From: Gordius albopunctatus
Taxonomy: Eukaryota
DNA: 64,000 nt
Direction: 5' to 3'
Assembly (NCBI GenBank): GCA_964276515.1
Contig: OZ193909.1
Coordinates: forward strand, 12,524,001-12,588,000
Shown here: positions 47,533 to 61,700 of the stretch, in pieces
Layout of the letters: every line of letters starts with the position of its first letter
Position numbering within the stretch: position 1 is the stretch's first letter
The notes under the pieces: generated by a model
The model's input: the letters and a program-made list of their open reading frames with translations, nothing else
What the model was told of the DNA's origin: nothing
Database searches by the model: none
Translations under genes and position numbers: made by a program

Positions 47533-48864
47533 TAGAGACCTGCACGGGCGGCCCGAGGCCGGCTCGGGCCTCAAATTTTGAGGATCTAAAATTCCGGGCC
47601 GGGCCTAATTCATAAATAGGCCCGGCCCGGAATAATTTAGAAGTAAATAATTTATAAGTAGTAGTCTAAGTAGTCTTTTGTTCTGTTTAAAACAACAATT
47701 ACAAAAAATTAATTAATTACAAGTTATTGATTCATTCATTTTACGCCTTTTCTAATATACAAACGATTGAGTATGGAACAAAAAAAATATACTCCTAATA
47801 GCTGAAAATATTCGGAAACAATTTTATAAAGTAAAGGAAATCCACACCTACATAAAGTTAAGGATCAACGAGAAAAATAGAAATATTGGAATGGTGGAAA
47901 GTACACCTTTGGGAGATATTCGATTCGAATCCGAATTCCTAGGTCTGAATTTCGACTCGAATATTTTTACCTGGTGAGATTCGAAAATCGAATCGAATTT
48001 TTAAAAAGGGATTTGAAAAATTATTTATACTTGATAGTTATTTTAAATATACAAGACGAAAATAATTAAGCTGTTTTCATCTTTCCGCAAATTAGTTATT
48101 TTCCTCGATCACTAAATTTAAATTTTATAAGCATACATAAAATATAAAAATAGCACTTTACATAGAATATGGGGTTCAACTTCAAAAAAAAATCCAATAT
48201 TTTTGCTAACATTTTAGGTCAACTATTATTTAATGTTTATATTATTTTTGTACTTATGCATTAAACTTTAACATAAATCATTAAACTATGAATAATATAT
48301 TTTTATATGCATTGACCTTATGCGCCAAGATTTTATTTATATATATAAACATTCTAGATTTATAATAAAACAAGATAATAACGAGTTGTACGGATACCGA
48401 AACTAAATAATAGATAAACTCTAATTAATGCCATCTAGGCGAAATTTTTAATAAGAGACTATATTAATTTAAATAATTTTGATACTGAAGAATAAAAATA
48501 AGTTAATGGTTAGGGAGCATACAAAATCGCTTCATTTGCCTCGAGTGAGAGGTGTTTTTCGTTAGCGGGCCGGATTTATTAAGACCGAAGAACAAATTTA
48601 AACACGGAAATTTTTAATGCCTGTGTTTTTTGCATCCAAAATAGTTCCATTATCGATTTATATTTATATTACCTGCGTTTTATTTTTTAATTAAAAATTT
48701 TATAAAAATTGAGTTTGATTAAATTCCTGCAATTCTAAAAATTCCGGGCCCGGGCCGGGTCTTGTTTTTAAATATGCTAAAATTCGCCCCCGGGCCGGGC
48801 CTTTTCCCCATTTTTAATTCCGGGCCCGGACCGGGCCTTAAAAAATTGATTTTGCAGGTCTCTA
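47533..48864. mobile_element. Non-autonomous hAT element
   Basis: 12-bp TIR TAGAGACCTGCA; perfect 8-bp TSD ATCATAAT; CCGGGCC subterminal repeats. Confidence 0.93.
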
Positions 48865-49930
48865 ATCATAATGTAATGGCCTTTGTTGGTCTATTTATGT
48901 TTTTTTCGACTAAAACCAAAGGTCAACCAAACAAAACCCCCCAGCCGTTTTACAACACAAAACCGACCTCTCATAATCAAACAACTTTTCAATAAACGAT
49001 TCACATAAATAAATTACAAAGAGCGCTCATGAAAGCTTTAAAGAGAGAAAGAGATTACAAATATTATAAAATCATTGTACATTTTTCTGGATTATCATGC
49101 GAGAGCAAAAAAATTATTTTACCGTTTGAATTAAATAACCCTACTACGACCCCTAGCGAGGAAAATGAAAAGCCTTGGTAAGCGGTCGGTCGCAGTGGCG
49201 AAAAAATGAAGTTTAGTAACGAAGATTCGTTGCTAAGAAACGGTTTTACAACGCCATCGACAGCTGTTTACCGTTTAGTTAGCGTCGAGCTATTTCTAGC
49301 ACCACACCCCTCCCCTCCCTCCACCCCCACACCCTGTGCTATTAAAAATGTTGACAAAAAAGTTTGTATAAAAGAGAGGGGAAAAAGAAGTTTGTAAAAA
49401 TGCATCTCGCTTGCTTGTGTATGTGCTCGCTAAACACCAATAGCCTAAAAGGACTCTCAAATTTTATTTTTCATTTCAAGTTATTTAGATTAAATTCGAA
49501 ATACCTTATGAAAGATCTCATCGTGCGGAGTTTAAAAGCACAAAATGGCCGAGGGAGTTAATATTTAAAAATGGATTTGGGTCAGGGTTTCATTTTCATA
49601 TATGCTAATTTTGAGTTTATATAATGCAAAAACGGACCACACCAAAAATTTGATCCTAGCGATAAAGACGCGTTATGCATACTAATTCTCAAAATTAGCG
49701 TCCATCTTTAATTTGAGCTAGGTGGGCTTGGGCGTATGGATATGGTCAAAAGAAATCACCTCTCAATTTCCAAAATATTTGTATATATAGGAGTCACTTG
49801 TCCTGCTTTAGCTAGGAAATGGGATAAAACAGATGATATAATTAAGTCACAAATCTAGTGTGGCAAATTTACAGATTTAAATCATACATTTTTGAAAGCT
49901 AAAAGTGAATGTAAATCTAAAGCTGTATCA

Positions 49931-50085
49931 ATAGGCGAAGCCTGCATTGGAATTAGAGGGGGGCAAAAAGTCATTTAGGGAAGGGCGAAATGATCATTTT
50001 TGAAATTTTAGCCATCGTTTTTAAAAAAAAATTGGATTTAGAGGGGGGCAATCGCCCCTCCTTGCCCCCCCCCCCGACTACGCTA
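49931..50085. mobile_element. Degenerate ~160-bp MITE (CATGGGCGTAGCC family)
   Basis: Body matches 63697-63860 and the reverse complement of 58547-58707. Confidence 0.75.
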
Positions 50086-52239
50086 GTTGATGTATATTTA
50101 AAGTTTAAATTTGTCGGCATGGATGAGCTATGCCTTGCCTTCACACGCTTTCGAAAATAAACTTGGAATATAGTACTTTATGCAGTCCTGGTATTTAAGT
50201 ACATTTTATATAAATAAAATGCTCACAAAAAATATAAATTACCCTCAGTATACGATAAAATTACAAAAATCTTGGATGTGGCATAGCGTTTAATTAAATT
50301 TTCATCGTGAAATATATAGTGCTCTTCGATAAACGATATTTTGAATTAAAAATTTGACTAATTTCTGATCAATCAACCTAAATATATTACGATTTCTCTT
50401 TCTACGAGGAGTCAATCAATACCATGAGAAGCATTTTACTAACCTTGGTAATGTCAAAAATGCAAGACTTTAAAAAGGGGGTCGAACAGTGCATTAATAA
50501 TCTATGAATGTAACAAGCGGGGGTGAAGGACATATGTTAGAGCTCAATAACTTTTTGTAATCTGCCGTTATAAAATTCGTTTAACAGTGAAGCAGATATT
50601 TATCCAAAAATGTGCGAAACATAGTAAAATAAAGCCTTGCTCCAACTTTAATTTTCATTTTTTCTAGATTGAAATGTATCTGTAAATGAGTTATTGCTTA
50701 ACTTATGTATGGCTTCGGCTTGTAACAAGAGAAAATTACAAATATACCTTGAATTTGAGGGAATTTGAGTTGAAAGGTAAAAATGACGTAGGATCAGTTT
50801 GTAAATAGATGAGATGGGGCGGAGTGGCAACGTGGCAAACTTCAGAAGTGACTTCACATATGGTCAAAGTTGCCCCTCCCCCATCCAAACCTCAAAGCGC
50901 CCCTTCCTTGCCCTTGACCGCAGCAGCTCTTAGTTGGTTTTAGATGTTTATCGATTGGCTCCAACTTAAAAAAATTACTTCATTTCTTCATCATTGATGT
51001 TTGGTTATTAAAAATGCATAAAGTAGAGTGAAGTTTGAAGCGTAGCCAGAGAGTTATAATAACTACCAATCATAGATAAAAAGTCCTCCATTTCACAAAA
51101 ATAGGGTTAAAATCTAAGATAACAATCATTTTGGCCTCACCAAATCATTACCAACTGATATTAATCCCCTCAATCCCAAACTTATGCTATGAATGACATA
51201 TTCGCCAACCTAAACACAGAGGCACACATCATGGTAAAAAAACCAGATCCTATTAAAAATCAACAATTGTCTTATAACCTCATCTCGAATACACCCACCC
51301 TTGACTTTCAATATCAGTTTTTGGGCTATTTGCCCACCCATATGACCATTACCCCTAAAATATAAAATTTTGGCAACTATCCCATAATATTTTTAAGCAT
51401 TGGCCATTTTATGAGTATAAGAACACTCATAAAGGGTAACATTAAGAAAAAAACGCGTTTAATTTGTCTCGTGTTTACATAAACTTTGTTTTAAAAATTG
51501 ATTTCAACAATACTCGGAATTGAAAGTTAATAAAAGTACAAAAAAACAACTAACATTAAAGTCCACAAATTTTGGCATATCAATAGTATCATACCCAAAA
51601 AAAATTGTCGTTGCTGTTCAAAAATAAAGCTCTTCAAAAAAAAGCTGATCGGAAAAAAGCTAATAAAAATCTAGACCATAAAATGTACTTGATGTTATGA
51701 GGAGTATGTCGCATAGAAAATTTCAAAATAAAATTTAAATATTGAAAATATAAAAATGGGTTTGATATTCAAAAATAGGATTTTTAAAAATAAGATCTAA
51801 TAATTAGATTTATTAATGAGATATCTAAAAATAGTATAAAAAATGGGATATTTAAAAATGGTGGGAAAACTTCCGTTAGAAGGTTAAATCTAAATTGCGA
51901 AAAAATTTTAAATCCATGGATTAATCTAAATTGCGGGAGAATACGTTTAAATCTCAATTAGATATTCTGCACTATACGCAGAAATTGCCAAATATTCCTA
52001 AATTTACATTAGATTGTATGCCATTATACATCGAAATTGCCAAATGTTCCTATTTTGTTTGCGGTCCTCCGCCAAAAGGGAGGACTAATCTTTTCTTCTT
52101 CCTTTAATGCCCCGCATATATATTAATTGCTATGCAATTTATGGGCTTGTTTTTGGTTGTCCGTCGTCCGTCCGTCGTCCATCCACCAAGTTATTGGTGC
52201 CAGCTTTTTTTAAATTAAATTAATATATTGTTTTAACAC

Positions 52240-53200
52240 CATTGATAATATGACTTTTTGACCGTCCGCAGGCTACTGACCATTGAAAAAAAATTACCAT
52301 TGGCCAAATAAATCGAAATTTTTTGTTCGTTTTTGAATAGGTTAACATTGATAATTACCCTATATTTTTTAATAATTGCTATGCAATTTATCTAGTTTTT
52401 GGGTTAGAATCCCGGAGTTTTTTTTGACTCTAATGATTGTTCTTGTTACTATCATTGATAATAAGACTTTTTGGCCGTCCGCTGGCTGCTGACCAATGAA
52501 AAAAATGACCATTGGCCAAGATGTGTATCCGAGTTTATTTTTTCGTTTTTTTGACTATTATGATTGTTGCTGTTCCTACCATTGCTATTATGACTTTTTG
52601 GCCGTCCGCTGGCTCCTGACCGATGGAAAAAATGACCATTGGCCAAAATGTGAATCGAAAATTTTTTTTTCGTTTTTTTTGACTTTTATGAATTTATATC
52701 CACTTTTACCGTGTCCTGGCTGCTGACCAATGGAAAAAAATGACCATTGGCCAAAATGTGAATCGAAATTATTTTTTCCGTTTTTTTTGACTATTATGAT
52801 TGTTCCTGTTCCTACCATTGCTATTATGACTTTTTGGCCGTCCGCTGGCTGCTGACCAATGGAATAAAATAACCATTGGCCAAAATGTGATTCGAAAACT
52901 TTTTTTCGTTTTTTTTGACTATTATGAATTTATATCCACTTTTACCGTGTCCTGGCTGCTGACCAATGGAAAAAAAATGACCTTTGGCCAAAATGTGATT
53001 CGAAAATTTTTTTTTCGTTTTTTTTTACTCTTATGAATTTATATCCACTTTTACCGTGTGCTGGCTGCTGACCAATGGGAAAAAATGACCATTGGCCAAA
53101 GTGAGCATCAAAATATTTTTTCCGTTTTTTTGGCTATCATTGACTTATAGAGTATCTGTTGGTACTGACCAATGCAGAAGAAATGACCATTGGCCAAATT
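52240..53200. repeat. Tandem array of about 8 units of ~107/~128 bp
   Basis: Recurrent CTGACCAATGG-A(n)-TGACCATTGGCCAA core. Confidence 0.92.
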
Positions 53201-54216
53201 TATGATATATTTAATTAAAAATTGTTCAAATTCAACAAAAAATTTCTCCCAACAATTCTGCAAATTCTTAACATTGTGGTGTTTTATAATATAATGTTTG
53301 TTAGACCCATAATCACTAGAGGCCATAAAAACTAATGTAATATTTTTATTTATTCTCAAATGTGATATTTTGTTCATGATTGTTTTTTGCATGTGCTAGT
53401 GTTTAGGTTTTCAACATTAATATTCTTTCATATACATTTTTACACATTGAATTATTTATTTTAAAGATTACTATATTTTGTTTTTTTGTGTTCTGGCATA
53501 AAATTAGGTTTTGTCTTTCATTTATCTACATTATTAATTGTTTATTAAAATAGGGGTCGGGGCTAGTCGGAGAGGGGCTATTGCTAGCCATTTTTCATTG
53601 TGTTTTACAAATGGCATGATAAAAAGAAAAAATAATCATATTACATTTGCATTTTCTACATTTTTTATAAAGAAACAATCTTTTTATTGATATGAGTTAG
53701 CCTACACTAAAAAAAGTGAAAACGTCAGAGTTAATTTATGGGCTATGACTAACCCCGGGCACTTTTAAAAAATTTAGGATTTCCATTTTTTTTGAATTTA
53801 TTTTGTGAAAAAATTATTGCTTATTTCCCTCCAAATTTTCTTCCTATATTAAAAATAGTCTTTAAAAATAGACAAGTAAAAATTTGTCTACCTAAATATA
53901 AATTAATACAACTGTTTCCCGTAGAATTTAACTAACCATAAAGCTTCCCCTTCGCTCCCTCTCTCCCCCTTTATGATATTTGGCATATACACTTATTTAG
54001 TGCTTCCAACCTTCGTTTTGCAATATTCACGTAAGTATTTAAAATAGAGAAGGCAATTTTAATTGTTTTTTAATTAAATCGAAAATTTATATTAATAATT
54101 AACTAATTATTTTACATTTAATACCCCCCCCCCGCCTATAGGCATTCTCACCCCTTCCCACCTTTCTCGCCCATAAATTGCATAGCAAATATGATACATT
54201 TATACGGAGTGTAGAT

Positions 54217-55077
54217 TAGTGATGATCAAAACCTAGGTTTTGATCAGGCAACCTGAGGGTTCAGGTTCGGGTGTTCAAAAACCTTTTACCAGGTTTTTGA
54301 ACACCTGAACCTTAACCTGAGGTTGATCCCGAAAATCAACCTGAAAAACCTTCAGGTCAATTTTATCCCCAACCTGAAACCCAGGTTGACCTCAGGTTAA
54401 CCTGATAAAAATCACTTGTTTTATGCGATAAATTTAAGAATAAATTTATATTTTACTTTAACTATTTTCCTTTTTCAAGATGCGTCAAACTTTTTAAATA
54501 TTTACAATTTTAAATGAAGAAAAAATAGTTTTTGGTTATTATTATAAAAAAAAATAAGATTTTTTTATATAAAAATTTAATTAATTGTTAAACATGTATA
54601 TTACTCGATAACGCCATCTATATGTTTATAAATTTTGATAAACATATCCCCACACTTTATTTATCAAAATTTATAAACATATAGATGGCGTTATCGAGTA
54701 ATATACATGTTTAACAATTAATTAAATTTTTATATAAAAAAATCTTATTTTTTTTTATAATAATAACCAAAAACTATTTTTTCTTCATTTAAAATTGTAA
54801 ATATTTAAAAAGTTTGACGCATCTTGAAAAAGGAAAATAGTTAAAGTAAAATATAAATTTATTCTTAAATTTATCGCATAAAACAAGAGATTTTCATCAG
54901 GTTAACCTGAGGTCAACCTGGGTTTCAGGTTGGGGATAAAATTGACCTGAAGGTTTTTCAGGTTGATTTTCTGGATCAACCTCAGGTTAAGGTTCAGGTG
55001 TTCATCGAACACCCGAACCTAAAACCGACCTGAGGTTGGACCTCGGGAAAACCTGACCTAGGTTTTGATCATCACTA
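54217..55077. mobile_element. Foldback hAT-type MITE (near-perfect palindrome)
   Basis: TIR TAGTGATGATCAAAACCTAGG; perfect 8-bp TSD GTGTAGAT; ~345-bp inner arms around a 17-nt loop (54643-54659). Confidence 0.95.
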
Positions 55078-55239
55078 GTGTAGATGAGTTCCCCCTCCCC
55101 TCCTCCCCTCCCCACGAGGGCAGAAGGCCCGAGTATATTATTAATTATCGCTCATTCACGGTGATGCCCCGTAATAGCTCTAAACGTGATGATATAACAA
55201 TAATAAATAGTGCAGGGTAATCATAATCATATCTATGGC

Positions 55240-55442
55240 TAGAGTTGTTAAATTGCTAACTTTCTTCAAACTCCAGACGCGAGCACGCACACTGAGTTGC
55301 TTAATATAGGCATTAGCATAATATGGGCTCGCTGTTCGGTGCACTAGGTAGAGCAGTAGCATATAAAAATGCTCGAGGGCCGAGCAGAAACTCGAGCAGA
55401 TGGTAGCTGGAGTTGAAGAAAGTTAGCAATTTAACAACTCTA
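55240..55442. mobile_element. 203-bp hAT-type MITE
   Basis: ~37-bp TIR TAGAGTTGTTAAATTGCTAACTTTCTTCAA...; perfect 8-bp TSD TCTATGGC. Confidence 0.95.
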
Positions 55443-57656
55443 TCTATGGCGATACTAAAAAATTAAAAATGGATCATCATAAATGGAACGCGTACAAGAA
55501 GTGTGAGAGGGGGCGGGGGGGGGGGCGGGATAAAAATACTTTAAGTACCCCCCACAAACACCACAGTTCCTATTGGTTTATTAGCTTTTTTCTGATCAGC
55601 TTTATTTTGAAGAGCTTTTTTAATTGTTTTGAATAAGAATCAAAATTGTTAATGATAGTTTTAATACGGGCTAGAAACGGTTAGGTTAAACTTTAAAGTA
55701 GTAGGAAAGTTTAAACAAGATTTCACTCAATTTTAAAATTGCCACATTTATGTATAATATGGCACTATTTAATATTTTTCAAGTGAAAAATAAATTATAT
55801 TGTACGTCTTAAGATTAATTATGAATTTTTAATGGAACATTAAATGGGGGGGGGGGGGGGGGGGGTATTATAATTTCCTTAATTTTGAATATGGTCGAGT
55901 GCCCTGCAAATAGCTGATGATTCCAGGGCAAATGTTTGGCATGGTGTTAACACAATTACGCCTCCATCGCGTGTGGTGGCAATAAATTAAAAGCTTAAAA
56001 TTTATACAATACCACATATAAAAAAGTCCATTTTAACGGAGAGGCGTTTAATTCATACGCTTCGTGGAGCGATTAAAAATTAGCATTTTTGGCATCACAA
56101 AAATTAAAGTTACGCTATTAAATATATTGATTGGAAGGGATGAGGAGTTTTAAAAAAACTTAACAATGTTGGTTTAGGAGGAAGATCAAATTAAAATATG
56201 GTTCTACTAGATAATGGCTGCCAAATAACAAATATTAAGTCCCAAAATATTCTTATTTTGAAAGATAAATATCTTTAAACCAGACAAAACAATGAATTTA
56301 CCGACTAGGGCTGTAAAAAGGACCGTTTTTACAGTACCGACTGATATTTTGTTTGAGCCTCAAAACTGCTATAACCACAAAACTATTTACATATTTATGC
56401 TTCGCTATAAATATAAAATATGAGACACCGATAGACGTGGCGCTTTGAAATTGTGATATTATGGGGTGGTAAATTATAAAACAAGTTCATTCTTAATTGG
56501 TTTTACAAACGAGACATTTAACTCGCCTTAATGTTAAAATCATAAGGAATTAAATTAAAATACTTTTAAAAATATGGGGCAAATCATAAATTGTAAAACT
56601 ATCACAATATATGAGGCCGCCAAAGTTACCAATTAACCCGAGGTGGAAAAATAGTTGTTAAAATTTTGATGATCCCTTATGAAAATCAATATAACTATAA
56701 CAAAATTTATAAAATTTGTTTGAGTCAAATCATTCATTATTATCATAGACAAACAATGAATATACTTTAGAAACATGTATCCATGTTTTTCCCCAAATTA
56801 TAAAAGCCATCTTTATCATTATACTAAATGCAAATAGATTACACGACTGATTTCACTGGGCAATATTTGTGGGCCGAAAAACCTTGCAATGAGTCGAAAT
56901 TGCAGTATATTTTATACAGATGTTCAATGGTGCGCTTTGTATAAAACCATTAAAAATTCCATATCTCTAAAACAAGCAAAAAGTTATACTTTTAGAGCTT
57001 TATTTTTAATGGCTCTTATCACTACTGCCAGTGTTCATCGCTATTTGAACGAGGTGCTTTCCAATGGGAAGGCCAAGCGAGGACAATAATCAGGTCGGTA
57101 AATTATTATGTAGATATCAAAATATGTTAGTAATCGCTATTGCGACGCAAATATAAAAATAATCTTTTTGGGGTCAAAATGGCCCCACATAAATCTATGT
57201 GACTTCTTCGTATTATTACAAACAAATAAGCCATTTAGTTAGGGAGTAAACCAAGTAGGCGTCGCTAAAATTAGGTTTACAGGGGGTATATAATAATTAT
57301 GTGAAGGATGGTCTAATAATTTATAAGAGGGAGATGATAGGGTGTTTATTACATATCAGCAACCCCCCCCCTCCATTGTTCATCAAAATTTCCTTATTAA
57401 AAAAATTTGAGGCTGAGCGATGAGCGTATAATATATGTAGGATAGGACGATAAAATGGGGCATCACTTTGTGCAAACAATAAATAACGGGGCCGGCTGAA
57501 CGATAATAAATCTCATCATCGTGATAAATTTTACCCATAACAACAATAAAAATTAAAAACCAACAATATTAGTAATAAATGCCTTCAAAAATTCAATGCC
57601 ATGTCCAAGTGTTAATTAATGAATTGAAGGAGTTGGGGGATAATGGGGGCAGAGGC

Positions 57657-57797
57657 ATGGGCGTAGTCAGGTTTTGGATTAGGGGGGGGGGCGAAACGTT
57701 TAAAAGTTCAATCGGGGGGGGGGGTGGCAAAACCTAATTTTTTTAATTTTTAAGGGTTTTTGCATTGGGAAAAATTTTTTTCGTCAACGCCCTTGGG
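57657..57797. mobile_element. CATGGGCGTAG-family MITE fragment
   Basis: Similar to 16699-16810. Confidence 0.65.
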
Positions 57798-58546
57798 CAG
57801 AGGGTAGTAACTAGTGGCGTCACAACAAGGACAACAGTAATTAGAACAACACTAGTCGGTTATATTTTAATATTGATATTTATGGAAATGGGACATTAAA
57901 ATTAAAACAGCAAAGTATATATAATCCGTGTCGAATCGTAAAAAAAACACGTTTCTACCGGGCCATATGATTTCGATAATTTTTGGCGAGGGTGCAGGTA
58001 TCATATATTTTTAGTAATTTGTGAAAATTTGAACCACTTTGGGTCAATACTTCTCTGGTTATGAACGTTCAAAGGGCAAATCGGAACTCGGCTTTTTATT
58101 GATTTTACTATTTATGAAAGTATTGTGAATTTTGTTGTATTTTTTTCCCTAATAAAAGATTACGATCAAAATAGTTTAACAAAATGTAGCAAAAGGAGCA
58201 TTAAAACTTTTAAATGCGTCAAAAAATGCAGGTCTTGCCTATAATGAATTCAAAACCGACGTTTCAATCTGCCTTCAAGTGGAGTACTAATTAAATGCGA
58301 GGAATAAACAAGTGGGAAGAAGGAAGGGCGGGCCACATACGTCATACATTTTATTTACTAGCAAACTCTATCAATCAATAAATTATGATGCGAGCGATAA
58401 AAATCCTCCGAAACTTAGCTGTGTGTGTAATAATGTATGAGTATGACGCATTGTGGAGGAGGCACTTTTATAGATAAAAAATAGATAGAACGAATGACGT
58501 CATGAATTCTTTGCACATACAATTTTTTATTTATACAGGGCTTTTC

Positions 58547-58707
58547 CATGGGCGTAGCTAGAGGGGGGGGCAAGGAGGGGCGGCTGCCCAATCCAAAAAT
58601 TTGTTGCATTTTATTAAAATTAAGGCTAAAATTTCAAAAAAAGATCATTTTGCCCTTCCCTAAATCATTATTGCCCCCTTCTAATTCCAATGCTGGCTAA
58701 GCCCATG
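58547..58707. mobile_element. ~160-bp MITE
   Basis: TIR CATGGGCGTAGC / GCTAAGCCCATG. Confidence 0.85.
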
Positions 58708-61700
58708 CGTTTTCCTGTTAATTTTTCTGAGAGGGCAAATAGGAAAATTTAATTAATTCAACCAACTTGAATGTGTATTTTATGTGATTCCGTCCGTTAA
58801 CATGAAATCCTTATATTATGATTACACAGAAGGGGGGTGGGGGTGTTAGGGTCCGGCAGCGGAGAGCTATAGTTTTATATGGACTAGAGGAAATGTGAAT
58901 TGAAAAATTCGGGTCGATATTAAAATAATTTGTAATTAAATGCAAAATAAAAGAAATATTCACGTTGTGTTAAATAATAATTAACTTTTAGTCTATAACT
59001 ATTGTTAATGTGAGAATAGGTACATTATAAGGTAAAATGTAAAAAAATCATACTAGAATATTTATTTGCAAAAAACGAATGTAAATACTGATTTTAAAAA
59101 TTAAAGGTTTTAATTGATTAAAGATTCAACTCTTATTAAATCATACTTATATTCGAACTGACCTCCTGCCTGATTCGATGCTCGTTGTGTAACTAACATG
59201 CTTTATATTAGCATAATTGTCATATTGTTTGTTAATCATTTTGTGTATTCAACCTAATTTAAAAAATGTACAAATGGCATCCTAAAATGTTAAATCTTTT
59301 GATAAAATGGATAAGCTATTTTATACATTTTAAAAGTTTAATTATTAAGATTGTTTAATACGTTCATAAAAATAAATTTATATACTAACATATTTTATCA
59401 CAGTAATTAATACAATAACACATTTACTACAGTTTTTAAAGTTTTAATATTATATAAATTTGGCTTCTAAGCCTCTCCGTTATTAATCTAACGCGGGATG
59501 AGTTGTCAAAAAAACTCATTAGCTGTAGCTAGAGTTGCCTAATAAAGTCAAATAATGACATTTCAAATGATGAACGAAATTTAGAGCCTATTTGTACACC
59601 ATATAAAAACTGAGCAAAAGGAAAAATATTTTTCTTACGAAACTTGTGAATTTCTCTTCGGGATGATAAAAAGTACAATGATAAGAAAATTAATTTAGCT
59701 GATTTCCAACAAAAAAATTAGTTTGGCATATTGAGTGGGATAAATTAAATATAGCCCAGACAAATTGCAAAAGGTATGTTAAAATTTAATTATAAATTAA
59801 AATTGGAAAAAACATTGATTAGACGAAAAATATAATTTAAGCTCGTTTTATTAAACAGAATTAAAAATTATAGTTTAAGCTAGGGCATATTGATAAAGGG
59901 AAAGGTAAATTGAACGGCTACTAATACCACGCCAGCTAGCTTTTCAATTAAACCATTAAGGCATTAACGCCACGGGCTCCCTCCCTTTCACCTTTGCCAA
60001 ACCGGAAGAGTCGATTTAAAAAAGACAAAGTATTAAATTATGTCTTTTGACTATAAAGTTTTACGTTATTTTATCGACAAATTTTGGTATAAAGATGTTA
60101 AAATAGATTACTAAATAGTTTACAAAATCGAGACGGGAGTTTGCTTGAGAAGAGATAACACTTTTGTTGAAGAGTTAAATTTAGAAATAGTCTGTTCTCT
60201 ACTCTCCTACCTAAATTTTGATGAAGCGAAAGAAGCATATTATAGTGATAATTAAGCTTTTGTTAGGGGAGCAAATTTCACAAAGTTATTTAATTAAAAT
60301 CGCAAAAAATATGAAGAATTAAAAGCCATACACCTAGAAAAGAAGCAATGTACTCATTTTATCAGCAAGTTCAAATATTATAATAATTAAAAAAAAATTT
60401 AAATAGATAATATAGACCAGTTTGAGATGAAAATTGTTTTTTTAATTATCTATAAAATGAAATTTCTTTATGTTAAGATAAATATTACTTTTAGACAAAA
60501 GGTAACTTTAATTTAGATTCTAATTATTTGTTTATATAACAATCGAAATTAAAAATATTTAGCCTGAAAGATTTAAAACTGGATAACAATGATCCAATCG
60601 GTATAATTTAAATTCTAACTATATTTAAAATGTCCCATTTGATTAAAGCAAAAATTATAAAATGATTATTTTAAAGACATCTATGCAAATTTATACATTT
60701 CCATCAGCTTAATGCAAATATAAGTTGCAAAAATGACCACATAAAATGCAATTGTGGCTTCGGCCATCCCAAAGTTTTAAAAAGTTGGCAAAATATAATT
60801 AAGTTATTAAAAGTGGGAAAACATAAGGTTCTTTAAATTTATAATTCAGCAAGCGTAGGTAGACGCATTTACACAACCCGGATGTACTAAGCCATATATA
60901 TTCAAACATGGATATCACAATGAAATTTTGTACTTACGCGTAATGTAATGGTCTCCCGGATATTTATTTAACAGTAGGGATATTATATGTAATAATACAA
61001 AGTAATTTCTAGAATATTCCAACTTCCTAGCTAGGCTGATTGAGAAGGTGTAGAGTATTTATATAGAGGGGAAACAGGTTTTTATTCCTAATTTTTCAAA
61101 CTAGATATTATAATAAATCGTTTAAATAGGTAGGTAGGGGATGATTTGTTTGTATTGTAACTAGAAGACTATGGGGTCGTTAATTAGGTTATAAAAATTG
61201 GAAGGGTAAGCTTCGATAAATGGGGATGATAGTTTAACAAACAGAGTAAAGGAGCAAGCAATGTCTCTCGCTAACGCTATCTCAATTTTGACGAACAAAA
61301 ATGTGTGGTGGTAGGGGGTGGGGTGGGCTATTGCTAAGCGCTGGCAAGCTAAAACTGCGTATCTCTTGTTTGCCGTTGAAAGATTGAGAAAAGCAAGGAA
61401 CAAGCAACAAGGTATTATTTTCTTTTTTACAAGTATATATAATACATCATATGCTTTGTTTTGTTTTGTAGTAGTTGAATAGGATGGGTTTATTTATAGG
61501 AGTAAAGAGGGAAATTTAGCTAAATGGATTTTTATGTAGATAGATATGAGGCGAGGGAAGGGAGTGGGCGGGGACCACCTCCGCCTAGCCTCCCCCTCCC
61601 TCCAGTCTTGCTTGCTTGTGCTCATTTATTTTTGTTGCTTTTAAATTGTAGCTTAGCCACACCGCTCACCTAATTGGTTGTTGTGCGCGCACAAGGAACT

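Larger units (their letters stand above)
52121..55140 (+). mobile_element. Helentron-associated (HINE/DINE-1-like) element containing a tandem array and a nested MITE
   Basis: 20-bp inverted repeat 52127-52146 / 54169-54188; GTCC-type microsatellite at ~52160; short hairpin GGGC-AGAAG-GCCC at 55118-55130. Confidence 0.6.

Noticed and set aside
52240..53200. Regularly spaced palindromic repeats resembling a CRISPR array
   Set aside because: The intervening sequences are themselves repeated, the context is eukaryotic and there are no cas genes; it is a tandem array
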